Part shown: in pieces, positions 63,031 through 64,000 of the stretch
Layout: every line of letters starts with the position of its first letter
Numbering within the stretch: position 1 is the stretch's first letter
Source of the DNA: an uncultured Mycoplasmatota bacterium
GTDB taxonomy: Bacteria; Bacillota_I; Bacilli_A; RF39; UBA660
DNA length: 64,000 bases
Reading direction: 5' to 3'
NCBI GenBank assembly: GCA_937944975.1
Contig: CALEBF010000004.1
Coordinates: forward strand, 9,759 to 73,758
Notes under the pieces: generated by a model
The model's input: the letters and a program-made list of their open reading frames with translations, nothing else
The model's database searches: none
What the model was told of the DNA's origin: nothing
Made by a program: the position numbers and the translations under genes

Positions 63031-64000
63031 ATGGAAAGTTATGGAGATATCAAGGCGATTAGAAAAAGAAAGCGCTATTTAAAGAGACTGTATCGTCAAT
63101 GTCAGAATCAAATAGAACGTGAAAAAATCGGGTGGAGTTTGATTGCAAATATAGAATTATTACACTATCATACGCATCTTGCTAATTTTTCGATCGAAGG
63201 TGATATAGGGCGCATTTTAAATGAATGTGTTGTATTGATGAGAGATATAAAGTATAAAAAATTAAATGGAATTCTTCGACAAGAGGAGCCATATATGGAT
63301 ACAACCTATCTATCGTTTTTAATGAAGTTAGCAAATAATGTTGCTGATGGTAACTTGCAACGTTTTGAATCTCAAATCGGAGGTTCCTTTGATCGTATAT
63401 CGGCAGTGAATGGTGCAAAACATTTTTATGCCTCTTTACAAGATGAAGCTATCTCTCCAGTAGCAGAGAAAATATTATCTGACACTTCTTCAATCTACTT
63501 CTGTGAATGTCGAAATGAAAAGGATCATTTAGGATCTACATTTTTTGATTATATATTCCATAAACTATATATATGTGTTTTAGAACATCATGATTTAAGA
63601 GATTTATTTACGCTGATTAGAGAATGTGCTTTAGGTGTAAAGTTTTATATGAAAGAAGATTTACACTACGATAGTTTTCAAAATGTCTGTGCATACGTAA
63701 TGGAAGAGTTAGCTTTTTCTTATTTTGAAACAAACGGGATGAATCGAGAAAATATAGCGCTTTTTAAAAAACAGCGAGAAAGTTACTTTACTGCATATGC
63801 AAACGATACTTTAATGCAGATCCATGCGCTTCCTGGACAGCAAGGACTAAGGAATTTTTTTCATCCTAACGTAAACGAAATATTAAAGGTCATTCCTCGG
63901 CAATTAAAGAAAGATTTGATAGAAATTCAAGCCTATGTTATGGCACGTGGATTGGTTCAGCAGATACAATTAAATAAAGAGATAGGATTAGAACATTTGA
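63031..64000 (+). CDS. Hypothetical protein, 3' end outside window (at least 323 aa)
   Basis: AGGAG lies 7 nt upstream of ATG 63031. I read the frame codon by codon to nt 64000 without a stop. It is absent from the ORF track, presumably because it has no stop in the window. No motif recognised. Confidence 0.6.
   Translation, partial: MESYGDIKAIRKRKRYLKRLYRQCQNQIEREKIGWSLIANIELLHYHTHLANFSIEGDIGRILNECVVLMRDIKYKKLNGILRQEEPYMDTTYLSFLMKLANNVADGNLQRFESQIGGSFDRISAVNGAKHFYASLQDEAISPVAEKILSDTSSIYFCECRNEKDHLGSTFFDYIFHKLYICVLEHHDLRDLFTLIRECALGVKFYMKEDLHYDSFQNVCAYVMEELAFSYFETNGMNRENIALFKKQRESYFTAYANDTLMQIHALPGQQGLRNFFHPNVNEILKVIPRQLKKDLIEIQAYVMARGLVQQIQLNKEIGLEHL

Noticed and set aside
1-64000. Search by eye for CRISPR arrays, tRNA/rRNA genes, transposases, integrases, phage structural genes and toxin-antitoxin pairs.
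   Set aside because: None was found. Intergenic regions are short (mostly under 150 bp) and are accounted for by promoters, terminators, the T-box leader and operators. A covariance-model scan would be needed to exclude small RNAs.

Overview
This 64-kb window is chromosomal DNA from a low-GC, endospore-forming Firmicute. The gene content and order look Bacilli/Erysipelotrichia-like: recU-ponA, ftsY-ylxM, spoIVA, yabG-veg-spoVG-yabP-yabQ-divIC, yunB and spoVIF. I call about 60 protein genes, and most are core housekeeping. They cover replication and repair (polA, xth, mutM, recU), translation (serS, prfB, engB, der, rnj, ftsY), cell envelope and division (murI, alr, ponA, ftsEX, rodA/ftsW-like) and sporulation. 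I found no rRNA, tRNA, CRISPR array, transposase or integrase. Regulatory features readable from the sequence are a Ser T-box leader upstream of serS, the prfB +1 frameshift site, a CsoR operator upstream of csoR-copA, and a TTACA-N4-TGTAA palindrome upstream of a Bce-type ABC transporter. The strongest novelty candidate is the last 6.3 kb (57.7-64 kb). There ylxM is followed not by ffh but by an orphan HerA/FtsK-type ATPase. Next comes a strongly promoted 676-aa prepilin-like protein carrying five in-register 73-aa Listeria-Bacteroides-type repeats and a Cys/Trp-rich C-terminal domain. Two envelope-anchored proteins and an unrecognised open-ended ORF complete the segment. Other items worth a second look are: a copZ-like ORF whose start is one frame off across an A AAA AAA slippery run; a tandem pair of SipW-like proteins that lack the catalytic dyad; a 482-aa unknown gene directly downstream of spoIVA; a tandem pair of unknown paralogues upstream of ftsY; an EIIB-like protein with Cys replaced by His; and a very AT-rich two-gene insert upstream of serS. 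All family assignments come from motif recognition by eye, with no database search, so starts and functions of the hypothetical genes are provisional.
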